Origin: Macrostomum lignano
Taxonomy: Eukaryota
Length of the DNA stretch: 64,000 nucleotides
Reading direction: 5' to 3'
NCBI GenBank assembly: GCA_002269645.1
Contig: NIVC01002221.1
Span: 127,471 to 191,470, forward strand
Shown: in pieces, positions 44,796 through 63,200 of the stretch
Numbering within the stretch: the first letter of the stretch is position 1
Layout: the number at the start of each line of letters is the position of its first letter
Notes under the pieces: generated by a model
What the model saw: the letters and a program-made list of their open reading frames with translations, nothing else
Told to the model about the DNA's origin: nothing
The model's database searches: none
Translations under genes and position numbers: made by a program

Positions 44796-45964
44796 TTCCG
44801 GATCCGTACAACTATTTAAGTGAAACAAGCTCAAAACATCTATTCATTTCCAATTGCAACTTCCTATTCCAACTCTGGGATGTTAACACCACAAAGCTTA
44901 AAAATGATTTCAAAGTGGCTTGATTTAGGGTTAAGCGAAAAAGTCTATGTATGAGGTGAAGATAAAGGTAAAGCAGGAAGAGGAAAATCGCGTTCTCATT
45001 TCGATTCAAAATAATCACAGGACAAAATGTGAGGCTTTTTAATTTATTAAGCTGAGGAATAAGCTTTTCTTTCTGTTCCAAAGCTGTATTTATCACACTA
45101 CCACTACATGCTGGCCAGCCATGGATTCATTCCCGTTACCGCCAAGCCAAATTGCCACAAAGTCCAACTAAACTAACTCCTTTAGAGGGGGGAGCCGGGG
45201 AGCTTGGGCCCCCGCCGCAAGGCGCTCAATTTCCTACCCCCAAAGCCCCAACCCCGAACCCATACGTGGGGCACCCAACCCCCCAACCAGCCAACAGCAG
45301 AGGGACGCCGGGCCCTTCAACCCCCTCCACCCCAAGCCATCCGACCCTCCCCTCCCCGTCCACAGGGAGAGGGCTTTATATAAAGTCAAAAGCCCAACGC
45401 GCCCCGCTTCTTCGTCATTTTCACTCCGCACTGCACAACTGTCCCTGAAAAAGGCCGAAATCTTTTTTCTACTTAAAACTGAGACGTTCGCGCCAGTTTC
45501 CCTTGTCGCTTCAAATCCACCCTTGGCCTTGCCTTGCCATGGACATGTAGCATTGGACTTAACACTGTAGACTGTAGAGAATCGAGAGCCAAACTGCGCA
45601 ACACCCGACGCATAAATAATATAAGCGCGAAAGTGAGTCGGTCAAAGGCGCTGCTTGTTTTCCAATAGCATTTCTCTGTTGCTATGAATTGGTATTTTTA
45701 TGTGCAACTCTGTCAGACCGTGCCGGGGAGCACCTCTGTGACGCGGGGCCGATGCCGCCTTGTCATGGAGCTGCTCTCTTACCTGCCTGACGTTAATCAT
45801 CGTTGCTGTACCCCCCCCCCCCTAAATGCAGCCCATATTCCCCATCGTCATTGCATATGCGGATGCCATACTAGCCATGTAGTGGCTTATTATACTAATA
45901 TAATACGGATTACGGAACTATCGCTTTCACAAGACAGAAAGTATGAAGATCATGTCCTGGCAGC

Positions 45965-46730
45965 CCGATCTCCAGTGGGCTTATCCCCTCTAACAGGCTT
46001 ATCCCCCCCACCCAAACAGGCTTATCCTGTCCGAGCTCCAGTGGGCTTATCCCTTCCAACAGGCTTATACCCCCCACCCAAACAGGCTTATCCTGTCCGA
46101 GCTCCAGTGGGCTTATCCCCCTAATCACTTAGCCTTATCCTGTCCGATCTCCAGTGGGTTTATCCCCTCCCCCAAACAGGCTTATCCTGTCCGATCTCCA
46201 GTGGGTTTATCCCCTCCCCCAAACAGGCTTGTCCTGTCCGATCTCCAGTGGGCTTATCCCCTCCCCCAAACAGGCTTATCCTGTCCGATCTCCATTGGGC
46301 TTATCCCCCTAATCACTAGCCTTATCCTGTCCGATCTCCAGTGGGCTTATCCCCTCCCCCAAACAGGCTTATCCTGTCCGATCTCCAGTGGGCTTATCCC
46401 CTCCCCCAAACAGGCTTATCCTGTCCGATCTCCAGTGGGCTTATCCCCTCCCCCAAACAGGCTTATCCTGTCCGATCTCCAGTGGGCTTATCCCCTCCCC
46501 CAAACAGGCTTATCCTGTCCGATCTCCAGTGGGCTTATCCCCCTAATCACTAGCCTTATCCTGTCCGATCTCCAGTGGGCTTATCCCCTCCCCCAAACAG
46601 GCTTATCCTGTCCGATCTCCAGTGGGCTTATCCCCCTAATCACTAGCCTTATCCTGTCCGATATTCAGTGGGTTTGTCCATCCCCCCAAACAGGCTTATC
46701 CTGCCCGATCTTCAGTGGGCTTATCCTGCT
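45965..46730. repeat. 47-bp minisatellite
   Basis: Unit CTCCAGTGGGCTTATCCCCTCCCCCAAACAGGCTTATCCTGTCCGAT, about 16 copies. Confidence 0.92.
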
Positions 46731-47090
46731 TGATCAAACCAATTTTGAAGTCATTTTTAAATTTGCGAGTATAATCTAAGCAAGCATCTCAATAAAGCAG
46801 CTAAATTATAAGTTTAGCATGCATTGCAATATGCTATAAGATTTGCGTGGAGCAGATGTCAAAAGCACTACTGGAAGTAGGTATTGCTGTATAGGTAGCT
46901 CGTAAATATACACGATAAATATTTCGGTAAGCTCAAAGAAATTTGATGTCTTCACAGTTTAATGTTTATTTAAATAAGTCACTTTGATTATGGGTATATG
47001 AGTAGATTTAAAAATAAATAAAAATATCTAGTGTTATGGAACACACAGAAGCCAACCTGAGTCGGCCTAAAGCATTTCAAAACGGGATAG

Positions 47091-47486
47091 CGACGTTTGC
47101 CAGCCGACATTTGCCAGCCGACATTTGCCAGCCGACGTTTGCCAGCCGACGTTTGCCTGCGAGACGTTTGCCTGCCGGACGTTTGCCTGTGGGACGTTTG
47201 CCAGCCGAAGTTTGCCAGCCGACGTTTGCCTGCTGGAAGTTTGCCAGCTAAAATTTGCTAGCCAATATAAAGCCAGTCAGTGAAAAATTTGATACTGAAA
47301 TATTCGCAGTTTAGCGGTTTGACAAAAACCATTTTTCACTGACTGGCTTTATATTGGCTAGCAAATTTTAGCTGGCAAACTTCCGGCAGGCAAACGTCGG
47401 CTGGCAAACTTCGGCTGGCAAACGTCCCGCAGGCAAACGTCCGGCAGGCAAACTTCGGCTGGCAAACGTCCCGCAGGCAAACGTCG
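47091..47486. mobile_element. Palindromic foldback MITE
   Basis: Arms of ~15-bp ACGTTTGCCAGCCG-type subunits plus a perfect ~54-bp inner inverted repeat (GGAAGTTTGCCAGCTAAAATTTGCTAGCCAATATAAAGCCAGTCAGTGAAAAAT) around a ~40-bp spacer; flanked by TAG on both sides. Confidence 0.8.
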
Positions 47487-48359
47487 TAGACCCTTCAAAA
47501 CAGGTTGATTGCGTGTGTGCAACTGCAACAGAAAGCATGCCATTGGAGCTTGTGTATTAAACATGCTGGATATTAATCACCAATCACAGGTACAGAGAAA
47601 GCATATAAATACAGTAAAGAAAAGCTCCGGAGCTCCGGATCTCCTATTAAGTGCAGTCATGACAGAAATGCATGCACAGTACATATACATCGACCAAGGA
47701 CCACTGAAGTCACTTCGTTAAACTTACTTAAGTAGTCTACTTAAGTATAGTCCTTGACATCGACTCTATCAACCATTTTTATCTAAACTTCAAGACAGGC
47801 TTGAGGTAAGCAAACGTGTCTAATTTCAGGACATTACCTATTCAGGAGCGCTAGCTATGGGAAGATATTACAGTTGCTCTTCAAAGCAGAGTGTCGGTTC
47901 GAGTAGGAACTGCAGGTGTGTATTGTTTCAATCAGAAATTTCAGGCTTTGGTTTGAGGAAATTAAAATTTTTATCAAAGGAAAGACAATTAAACGGGAAC
48001 AATTTTCTTTTTTAACTTTCAATCATCGGTAGACGTGGGTCAATTTGCAGTTGACATTGCCTCAATATATTCGAGTCACGAACAGACAGCATTTCTGCCT
48101 GTTTGGAGGGTGCACCAAACAGAAGATTGCTTTCAGCATCGAGTTCTTGAGCCTTCCGATCATTTTTTGCAGCAGATGAAGGAACACACGTGAAAAAGGA
48201 AGCCTCGACAAAAGCTTAATTTCCTGAGATCTAATCGTCATCAAGTCGAGGTCTATCGGCACGCATTGTCTATCTCAGGCACTGAGCTGTAATCTGTATA
48301 AATGATTGCCAGGTGAGCCGCCGGAGATGTGTCGCTAGCTCTGCAGCGCAAGCACCGGC

Positions 48360-49285
48360 ATGGACGCGGCCGATCTGATCGCTCAACGCCGCCGACAGTT
48401 CCTAGCTGTGGTCACTTTGCCAATGATTGCAGCATCAACCATTGGTAACTGCCTGTCCTACATGCTGCTACACCTGTCCAAGCAGACGACCAGCACGTCC
48501 TACTACTTACGAGCGCTGGCTGTGGCTGACACGCTCACCGTGCACACGCTATGCTGGCGCTACTTCATCCTGGGCGTCTCTAATATTGATATTTTTGCCC
48601 AGACGGACACCGGCTGCAAGGCGCAGATGTTTGTCAACTATATCGTGTCGGACGTGGCCGTCTGGCTGGTTCCCTGCGTGTCCGTTGACCGGGTGCTCGC
48701 GCTCTACTTGCCGCTCAAAAGTCGCCAGTGGTGCACTCGAAAGGCGGCGCTAGCCGTGCTGGCTGGTCTGACAGTCTTGGCGCTGGCCAAGAACACCATC
48801 CTGCTGGTCGGACTGCAGGTTAGTTTTGATGAAATGTGAGAAAAATTCAGCATAAATCCAAGCTGGTCCAATAGAATTGACACCTCACAATGCCTGGCTC
48901 TGTGTAGGTGAACTACGTAACGGTGAACGGCACTGTGGTTGATCAGTACTGCTGGGCCGGCCCGGACATGCTGGCGGCTTGGTCGGTGCGCAATGCCATC
49001 GCCTTCGCCACGGTCGCCTGCGTGCCAGCCGGCGTCACGCTGGTGATGAACTGCCTACTTTTTGTTGGCATCAAGCGACGCTTTGTCGCTTCCTCTTCGG
49101 GCGGCGACAGCGAGCAGGAGCAGGCGTTGAAGAACTCCATCCGTCTCACGCTGGCCATCTCGGTGGCCTTCCTGATCTTTCTTGTCCCGTTCTTCACCTT
49201 CTTGAACATCAGGCCGACCCTGCCGACGGTCAGCCCGGCTGACGAAGCTACAAATGAGTTCATTCAAACGGGTCTGGAGATGTGA
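48360..49285 (+). CDS. Class A (rhodopsin-like) GPCR, FMRFamide/TRH-receptor-like; exons 48360-48818 and 48908-49285; TM7 not located
   Basis: TM1 GN (TIGNCLS), TM2 LAVAD, C3.25 (GCK), DRY-like SVDRVLALYLPLKSRQWCT, ECL2 Cys, TM5 CVP..LVMN, TM6 AFLIFLVP; the frame then stops at GAG ATG TGA. Confidence 0.8.
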
Positions 49286-50089
49286 CTGCAATTGAAAAGC
49301 CGTTTGCTGGGACAATTACGAGCGTAACTTCGTAGCATAAAAATAAAGGAATCTGATACGTGCTACCTGTAGAGCAGACTCGTAGCACTGTCAGTTGAAG
49401 GATGAATAAACTCGACTGTGTTTAGATTGTGCTTTCCACATCTGCACTTTTCAGTATACAGGGACTAAATTAAGTACTCGAAAAAGCGGCTCTGAGCAGA
49501 AGCTTAAAGCTGATGGGCGTCCAAGCATTTTCATAGCAACCGAAATGGCAGAAATCAACTTGCATCTGTTCATCTCGTGTAACTACGAGAGCAGGACGGA
49601 TTATGGCTTAGCGCGCAGCTCAGCTAAAATCTCTCGAATACGAACTAATTAGCATGATAATGCATCAAATAAACGGTTAGTATTCCTTTGCGCATCGATC
49701 TGTAGTCAATAATTCATATATAATCCATGCAATTAATCTCTTCCTTCCATGACCATGGCATTCATTCGTTTTCTTCTCCTTGAACAATTCTTTTAAAATC
49801 ATTCTCCTATCCCGCTTAAGTGTAGACTATGGACTCAAATGCACATAGTTGCGATTGCAAGGCACTGTTGAGCGGACTAACTAGTGTACACGTTTGCTGG
49901 CATTACTCTGGAAGCGTATAGCGCCAGATGGAATTTCAGATTATTACAGGAAGTCTTCCTGCAGGTTTTCCTGCAGGAAATTTCCCCGCAATGAAGCTTT
50001 CAAATATTGACAGCAAAACGTCGCGACAGGAAAAAAACTAGTGCTGGAATCTCGGCGGGAAAGCTTTACTGCTGGGGAAAATTACAGCA

Positions 50090-50465
50090 GGAAAACTTTC
50101 TGTGGGAAACCCTCCTGTGGGAAACCCTCCTGTGGGAAACCCTCCTGTGGGAATCCTCGTGTGGGAAACCCTCCTGTGGGAAACCCTCCTGTGGGAAACC
50201 CTCCTGTGGGAATCCTCGTGTGGGAAACCCTCCTGTGGGAAACCCTCCTTCCTACGGGAAGCCCTCCTGAGGGAAACCCTCTTGTGGGAAACCCTCCTGC
50301 AGGAAACCATCCTGCGGGAATCCTCGTGTGGGAAACCCTCCTGCGGGACACCCTCCTGCGGGAATCCTCCTGCGGGAATCCTTCCCGCGGGAATCCTTCT
50401 GCGGTATACCCTCCCGCGGGAAACCCTCCTGCGCGAAACCCTCCTGCGGGAATCCTCCTGCGGTA
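50090..50465. repeat. 15-bp tandem array (GTGGGAAACCCTCCT)n
   Basis: Directly visible; it drifts to GCGGGAA variants on the right. Confidence 0.9.
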
Positions 50466-50774
50466 AACCCTTACTTTGCGGTATACGAATAATAGATTGA
50501 TTCAATAATTTGGTTTATATCGTTGTCTATCCTGCAATCGTACGAGTACTTTTACACATGCTAACATTTAAGTCTTTCATCCATCGGGAAGACTTGGCCG
50601 TATTGATAATTTTCTGAGTAACTCAGTAAATGTTTAAGCTGCGATGTTCACTTTCACCACTACTCAAATGAAGCCAGCCTTGCTTCATTTACAGTACGTA
50701 CAAGTACGCTAGTACAAAACTGGGGAAAATGCAAATATCAATGATGAATGCTTAGTATCGACGCTACTATTCCT

Positions 50775-51295
50775 ATCCACCCGATCACTAGTGAGTCCAC
50801 CCCACCACTAATGAGTCCACCCGATCACTAATGAGTCCACCCCACCACTAACGAGTCCACACGATCACTAATGAGTCCACCCCACCACTAATGAGTCCAC
50901 CGGATCACTAATGAGTCCACCCGATCACTAATGAGTCCACCCGATCACTAATGAGTCCACCCGATCACTAATGAGTCCACTCGATCACTAATGAGTCCAC
51001 CCGATCACTAATGAGTCCACCCGATCACTAATGAGTCCACCCCACCACTAATGAGTCCACCCCACCACTAATGAGTCCACCCGATCACTAATGAGTCCAC
51101 CCGATCACTAATGAGTCCACCCGATCACTAATGAGTCCACCCGATCACTAATGAGTCCACCCGATCACTAATGAGTCCACCCGATCACTAATGAGTCCAC
51201 CCCACCACTAATGAGTCCACCCGATCACTAATGAGTCCACCCGATCACTAATGAGTCCACCCGATCACTAATGAGTCCATACCATCACCAATGAG
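50775..51295. repeat. 20-bp minisatellite
   Basis: Unit ATGAGTCCACCCGATCACTA, about 25 copies. Confidence 0.95.
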
Positions 51296-51754
51296 CATCT
51301 AAAAACAGGCAAATCATAGTTTTTACTTCAAACTGTTGAACAGAGTGCGTTAAGGATTAGCAAGCCCCTGATTTGACACAACAACGCACAAACTGGAGTA
51401 CAAATTTATTTTGAATTACACAAATTTGATATACAGCTGTATATGTAATATACAGCAGAATAAAATATAATTAACACTACAGGCCAATGGTTTGCTATTT
51501 GGCAGTTAAAGAGTCAGTTTATAAAAAGCGCAACATGAAATGGGAAAACGTGCACTCATCTTTTAAAAAATAAAAATAAGCACAGCACGCAATCGTCATT
51601 TAAAACAACCTTTAAAGCGAATCTGTAACATGCCCTGATCAGCGCAGTCGTCATCATTTTATAGTTATTAAGCAAATTAACCACTAGTTTTAGTCGAAGC
51701 AAAATAGGGAGATCATATACAGCTTTCAGAGATCCATTTTAGTCCTCCAAATTG

Positions 51755-52045
51755 GCTAGATTAGCAATCCATTTTAATAATCCATGTTGGCTAGATTAGC
51801 AATCCATTTTAATAATTCATGCTGGTTAGATTAGCAATCCATTCTAGCCATAAATTCCTAGTTGGCTAGATTAGCAATCCATTCTATTCCTAAATTCATA
51901 GTTGGCTAGATTAGCAATCCATTTTAATAATCCATGTTGGCTGGATTAGCAATCCTTTTACTAATTCATGTTGGCTAGATTAGCAATCCATTATATTCCT
52001 AAAGTAATAGTTGGCTGGATTAGCAATCCATTAGATTCTATTCCT
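51755..52045. repeat. ~35-bp degenerate minisatellite
   Basis: Recurring GTTGGCTAGATTAGCAATCCATT core, about 8 copies. Confidence 0.85.
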
Positions 52046-52764
52046 GAATTTAAAATAAAAATTTGTGTTTTTTTTGGTGTGTTTTCAGGTTATTATATTG
52101 CGTTAAAAGAATTTCATATAAACAAAAAATTAAATACTTATACATTAAAGTTCTACTTAAAGTAATATAAAAATAGGACATGAGAAAACAGCTGAGAGTC
52201 ACCAATTCACTGATAAATTTGTATTGAGTAGAAAAAGCACAGGTAATTAATCATTTTAGTGTCTATATAATTTCGACTAGCAGCTAATTATAATTTTTAG
52301 CAAAAATATTTTACAGGAAAGCGAAAAGCGCCAATTATAAGAGATGCTTTATATGCATTAAATTAAATGAGGCCATAGTAATAATCTATATATTAAAATA
52401 TTTAATAAACGTACACTTGTAATATTTCAGAAACGACTTTCAAAAACTGGTTGGAAAATGGATAGTTAAAGTTTTGCAGTTAAAACTGTATGGAAGCAAG
52501 CAGTTATAATACTATGAATAAATCATGCCAAGCGTATATTGTAGTAAGCAATTTACAATAGACATTATATATTATTGTTTGCATTTATTTAGGTGGGCTG
52601 CAAAAACAAGGGGCACTGGCCATTCGGTATTACAGTACATTCCGGGCCTATCTGCAGTTGGTTGTGTACAAAGTTTATTCATAAGTCGTACATTTGGAAT
52701 TCGATCAGATGTAAATTGAAGTTGCACTAGGATTACAATGTTCGGTTTCTGGTGCTTGGTTTGG

Positions 52765-53375
52765 GGCTGGAGTAGAGGATGTACACTGGGGGCTGGAGCA
52801 GATGGTGTACACTGGGGTCTGGAGCAGAGGATGCACATTGAGAACTGGGGCAGAGGGTGTACATTGAGAACTGGGGCAGAGGGTGTACATTGAGAACTGG
52901 GGCAGAGGGTGTACATTGAGCCTGGAGCACAGGATGCACATTGAGCCTGGAGCACAGGATGTACACTGGGGTCTAGAGCAGAGGATGTACACTGGGGTCT
53001 GGAGCAGAGGATGTACACTGGGGTCTGGAGCAGAGGATGTACACTGGGGGCTGGAGCAGAGGATGTACACTGGGGGCTGGAGCAGAGGATGTACACTGGG
53101 GGCTGGAGCAGAGGATGTACACTGGGGGCTGGAGCAGAGGATGTACACTGGGGGCTGGAGCAGAGGATGTACACTGGGGGCTGGAGCAGAGGATGTACAC
53201 TGGGGGCTGGAGCAGAGGATGTACACTGGGGGCTGGAGCAGAGGATGTACACTGGGGGCTGGAGCAGAGGATGTACACTGGGGGCTGGAGCAGAGGATGT
53301 ACACTGGGGGCTGGAGCAGAGTATGTACACTGGGGGCTGGAGCAGAGGATGTACACTGGGGGCTGGAGCAGAGGG
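52765..53375. repeat. 26-bp minisatellite
   Basis: Unit ACACTGGGGGCTGGAGCAGAGGATGT, about 23 copies. Confidence 0.95.
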
Positions 53376-53784
53376 TGCACATACGAGTGGTTCAATACAT
53401 TAGGTAAAAGCTCCGATGGCAGAAGCGGTACTGCAAATGAGGAATATTCAGATCCGTTCCTAATTAGATTGGCTCAGCATCGAACACTGATAGAAATCAC
53501 GCCAATATTGGGACGATGAATATGGCACTCGATTAGCAAATTAAGATAAAAACCGAGAAAAAATGAAAAGCGAAAAAAGAAAAAAATCTGGAATAAAAAG
53601 CACAGGGTTTAAGCCGGAAATTAGGTTTACAGTAGAGCAGAGCACTTGCAGAGACATTAAACACGGGATGCAATAATAGCAAAATAATTCATTTATATTA
53701 CTTGCAGTAGAATGAACAGACAAAGCCAACAATTGAAGTGAATGAAATGATCACAGACAGGCAGTCAGCAGTTTGGGTGTGAAG

Positions 53785-59756
<5,972 letters not shown>

Positions 59757-60030
59757 TTTTAATACTCACTTAAATCATGAAAAAGAGAATACAGTTAACT
59801 ATTATGAAAAGACATGCATAGAAAGAATTGTTAATATCCAAAGCCTATAAACTAGCAGGATCTTATTGTATGATTTGTAGGATTTTATTATAGTTAAAAT
59901 AACATACAAATAAATATAAATCGGGTTAAAATCTTATAAAATAGATCTTTTGTAATGATTTTTATTATTAGTTGATAAAAAGTTTCTAGTATAAATTTGA
60001 ATTTACAACTAGGTTTGTATATATGCCCAT

Positions 60031-60234
60031 TGTTGTGGGTGCGCGACCATACGTACTTAACTCTGTGTTCAGTTTGCGGCCCGTCGGGCACGTTGATTTG
60101 CGAAACGCGTTACGCAATAATCTAACATCCAATTTTTCTCACAGCGTGCATGTTAATATATAAATACAGGCCGTGGTCCGGCGAAACTCACTAAGTTTTT
60201 CTAGCAACCAAACCTACGCGTTCAATACACAACA
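60031..60234 (+). repeat. 5' LTR of the Ty3/Gypsy element
   Basis: Begins TGTTGTG and ends CACAACA (terminal inverted repeat); contains TATATAAA; immediately followed by PBS-like TGGCGACGAAG at 60236. Confidence 0.75.
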
Positions 60235-60246
60235 TTGGCGACGAAG

Positions 60247-63200
60247 ATGGCAGACCTCAGTCTCAACCCACCAACGCCGTACCTGGCTAGCCCGGGCGAG
60301 CCAAGCTGCCCGTGGCCAAGGTGGAAAAGTCAGTTCGCGATCTATTCAACAGCAACGGAACTGGACAAAACGTCGGAGGCGAGACAAATGGCCGTCCTTC
60401 GACACTGCCTCGGGCCGGAAGGCCAACGGCAGGCGGAAAGCGTGGAGGCGAACGACATGAAGAAGCTGCTCGAAGAACTGGACAAAATTTTCGTGCCGAA
60501 CAAGAGCGTCATCGGAGCTCGCTACAGGTTTCGGTGCAGGGAGCAGCGACCAGGGGAGCCGGTGCAGCAGTTCGTCAGAGATCTGCAGCAGCTCGCGGCC
60601 GATTGCGCGTTCAAGGACCTGACGAAGGAGATGGTCCGCGATCAGCTTATCGAGAAAACGTGCATGCCACGTATCCGTGAGAGACTGCTGATGGAACCAG
60701 ACGACCTGACACTGGAGAAGTCCCTGCAGCTTGCCAACCAAATCGAGACAGCCATCAACGAAGCCAAGGTCCTCAACGGCACATCAGGGGCGTCTCAAAA
60801 GACTGTGCACGCCGTCTCAAAGCAGAAAGTCAGAGCCAAGCCCAAAACGCGCAAGGACAGCGAGAAGTGCAGGCGATGCGGCGGCGACTACAGCAAGGAG
60901 CACAAGTGCCCAGCAATGGGAAAAAAGTGCAACAACTGTAATAAGCCGAACCACTTTGCCGCTGTATGCCGAAGCAAGACGGTGGCAACAGTCGGCGAGG
61001 AGGTGAGCACCATCCTGCAAGTCGCGAACCAGGATCCGACTGCCGTCCACAACATCGAATGCGCGGTCCGCGACGAGCTGCTGACGCTGACGCTGGACAG
61101 CGGTGCCTCCGTGTCGGTGATCAGCATGTCCGACTTCCAGAGAGTTCGACGACACGCAACCAAGGGAAGCGGAACTCCAGCACGGCTCGTGGCCTACGGC
61201 GGCTCGCACATCAGGACCTACGGGACAGCGACGCTCCCGATCACGTTCAAGGACAAGACGGCCTCAGTCTGTTTTCAAGTCGCAGAGGGCAGTTTAAGCC
61301 TTCTTGGGCGCTCCGACTTCCCGAAGTTTGGCGTGTCGCTTCAAATCAACCATCTCGGTGACGAGGGCTCAAAACCCCAGGACAGCTTCAAGGACCTCTT
61401 CGGGCCAATCAGGCGAGCCAAGGGCATCGTGCACCGACCGAAGTTGAAACTGGATGCCCACCCGGTGATCCAGGCTCGCCGCAAGATCCCTCTCGCCATG
61501 AAGGAGGCGGTAAAAGCGGAACTTGACCGAATGGAGGCGGAGAAAATCATCGAGAAGATCAGCGCCAGTGCCTGGGTGAGCAACATGGTCATCGCCCCCA
61601 AGAGCGACGGTAGAATCCGACTCTGCATCGACCTACGAGACGTCAACAAGGCGATCGTCGCGGACGCCTACCCGACACCGACTATCGATGAGTTGGCGGC
61701 CGAGTTCCGTGGATCACAAGTCTTCTCGAAGCTGGACATGAAGACAGGGTACCTCCAGTTCGAACTTCACCACGACAGTCGATACCTAACAGCTTTTATC
61801 ACGGACGAAGGCCTGTACCAGTTCTGCCGCGTCCCGTTCGGCCTCAGCAGCGCGGCAGGGTTCTTCCAGAAGGCCATGGCTCGCATCCTGCAAGGCCTGC
61901 CAGGAACGGTCAACGCAGTCGATGACATCCTGGTGCACGGCAAGACAAAGAAGGAGCACGACGACAACCTGAGCCGGACACTAGAACGTCTTCGAGAGAA
62001 CAACATCGTGCTCAACGATAAGTGCGTCTTCGCCCAACCGGCAGTGGACTTCCATGGTTTCCGCATTTCCGGCAACGGCATCCAAGCGATCGACTCGTAC
62101 GTGAAGGCAATCAAGGAGACGTCTCAGCCGAGTAACACCAAGGAGGCAGCTGCATTCCTCGGAGCGACAAACTTCTACAGCCGGTTCGTCCATGCCTACT
62201 CGGAAACCACGGAGCCGATCCGCCGGCTGCTACGCAAAGATGAGCCGTGGTCGTGGGGTCCAGAGCAAGATGGCGCTTTCCAGAAAATCAAGAGGCAGCT
62301 GACCATGGCGCCAGTCCTAAAGGCATTTGACCCCAAATCCGAGACAATCATCCGATGCGACGCCAGTGCCCACGGCATCGGCGCCGTGCTGGCACAGATA
62401 CAGCTCGGCGAGGAGCACCCGATTGCCTACAGCTCGCGTCCCTCACTTCACCGGGAGCGGAACTACTCGGTCGGGGAGAAGGAGGCGCTGGCTGTCGTAT
62501 GGGCGGTCGAGAAGTGGCACCTGTTCACCTATGGCCGGCCAGTGACCGTCTACACAGACCATAGCACGCTGAGCACTCTGCTGACCGCGGGCAGTCAAGG
62601 AGTCCGGCCGCTGCGCATCCTTCGGTGGACAGAGCGTCTTAGGGCATACCCCCTGGTGACCATTCGCTACGTGCGCGGCCGAGACAACACTATCGCCGAC
62701 CTGCTGTCTAGGCAACAACCAAACGTCCAGGAGGATCCGCAGAGCAACACGGACGACCAGGAGATCGGCCGAATCCTGATGGCGCAGCTGGCTCCAGCAG
62801 TCAACCTGGACGAGGTGCGCCAAGAAACGGCCAGCGACAAAGTCCTGCAAGCGGTTTCTCGCTTCATCAAGGAGGGGTGGCCGGCGTCCAAACAACTGGC
62901 ACCGGAGCTGCAGGCCTACTACCGCGCAAAGGACGAACTCTACCTGTTCGGCGACGGCTGCGTGGCTCGTGGCCAGGCTACCGTCATCCCAGCTACACTG
63001 CAGAACCGGGTTCTCAATATGGCGCACGAAGGCCACCACGGAATTGTGCGGACCAAGCAGCGGTGCCGATCTGCAGCTTGGTGGCCCGGTATCGACAAGG
63101 ACATCGAGTCGGCGGTGAAGGACTGTACGGCCTGCGCGCTGGCTGGCAAGGCGTCTCGACCAAGCGTTCCGCCCATGACGATCACCAGCACGCCAGCAGG

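Noticed and set aside
45150-45460. Orphan TATATAAAG (45377) with TCATTT (45415) in a GC-rich patch
   Set aside because: The TATA-Inr spacing (~38-40 nt) is non-canonical and there is no downstream gene; it may be a repeat fragment.
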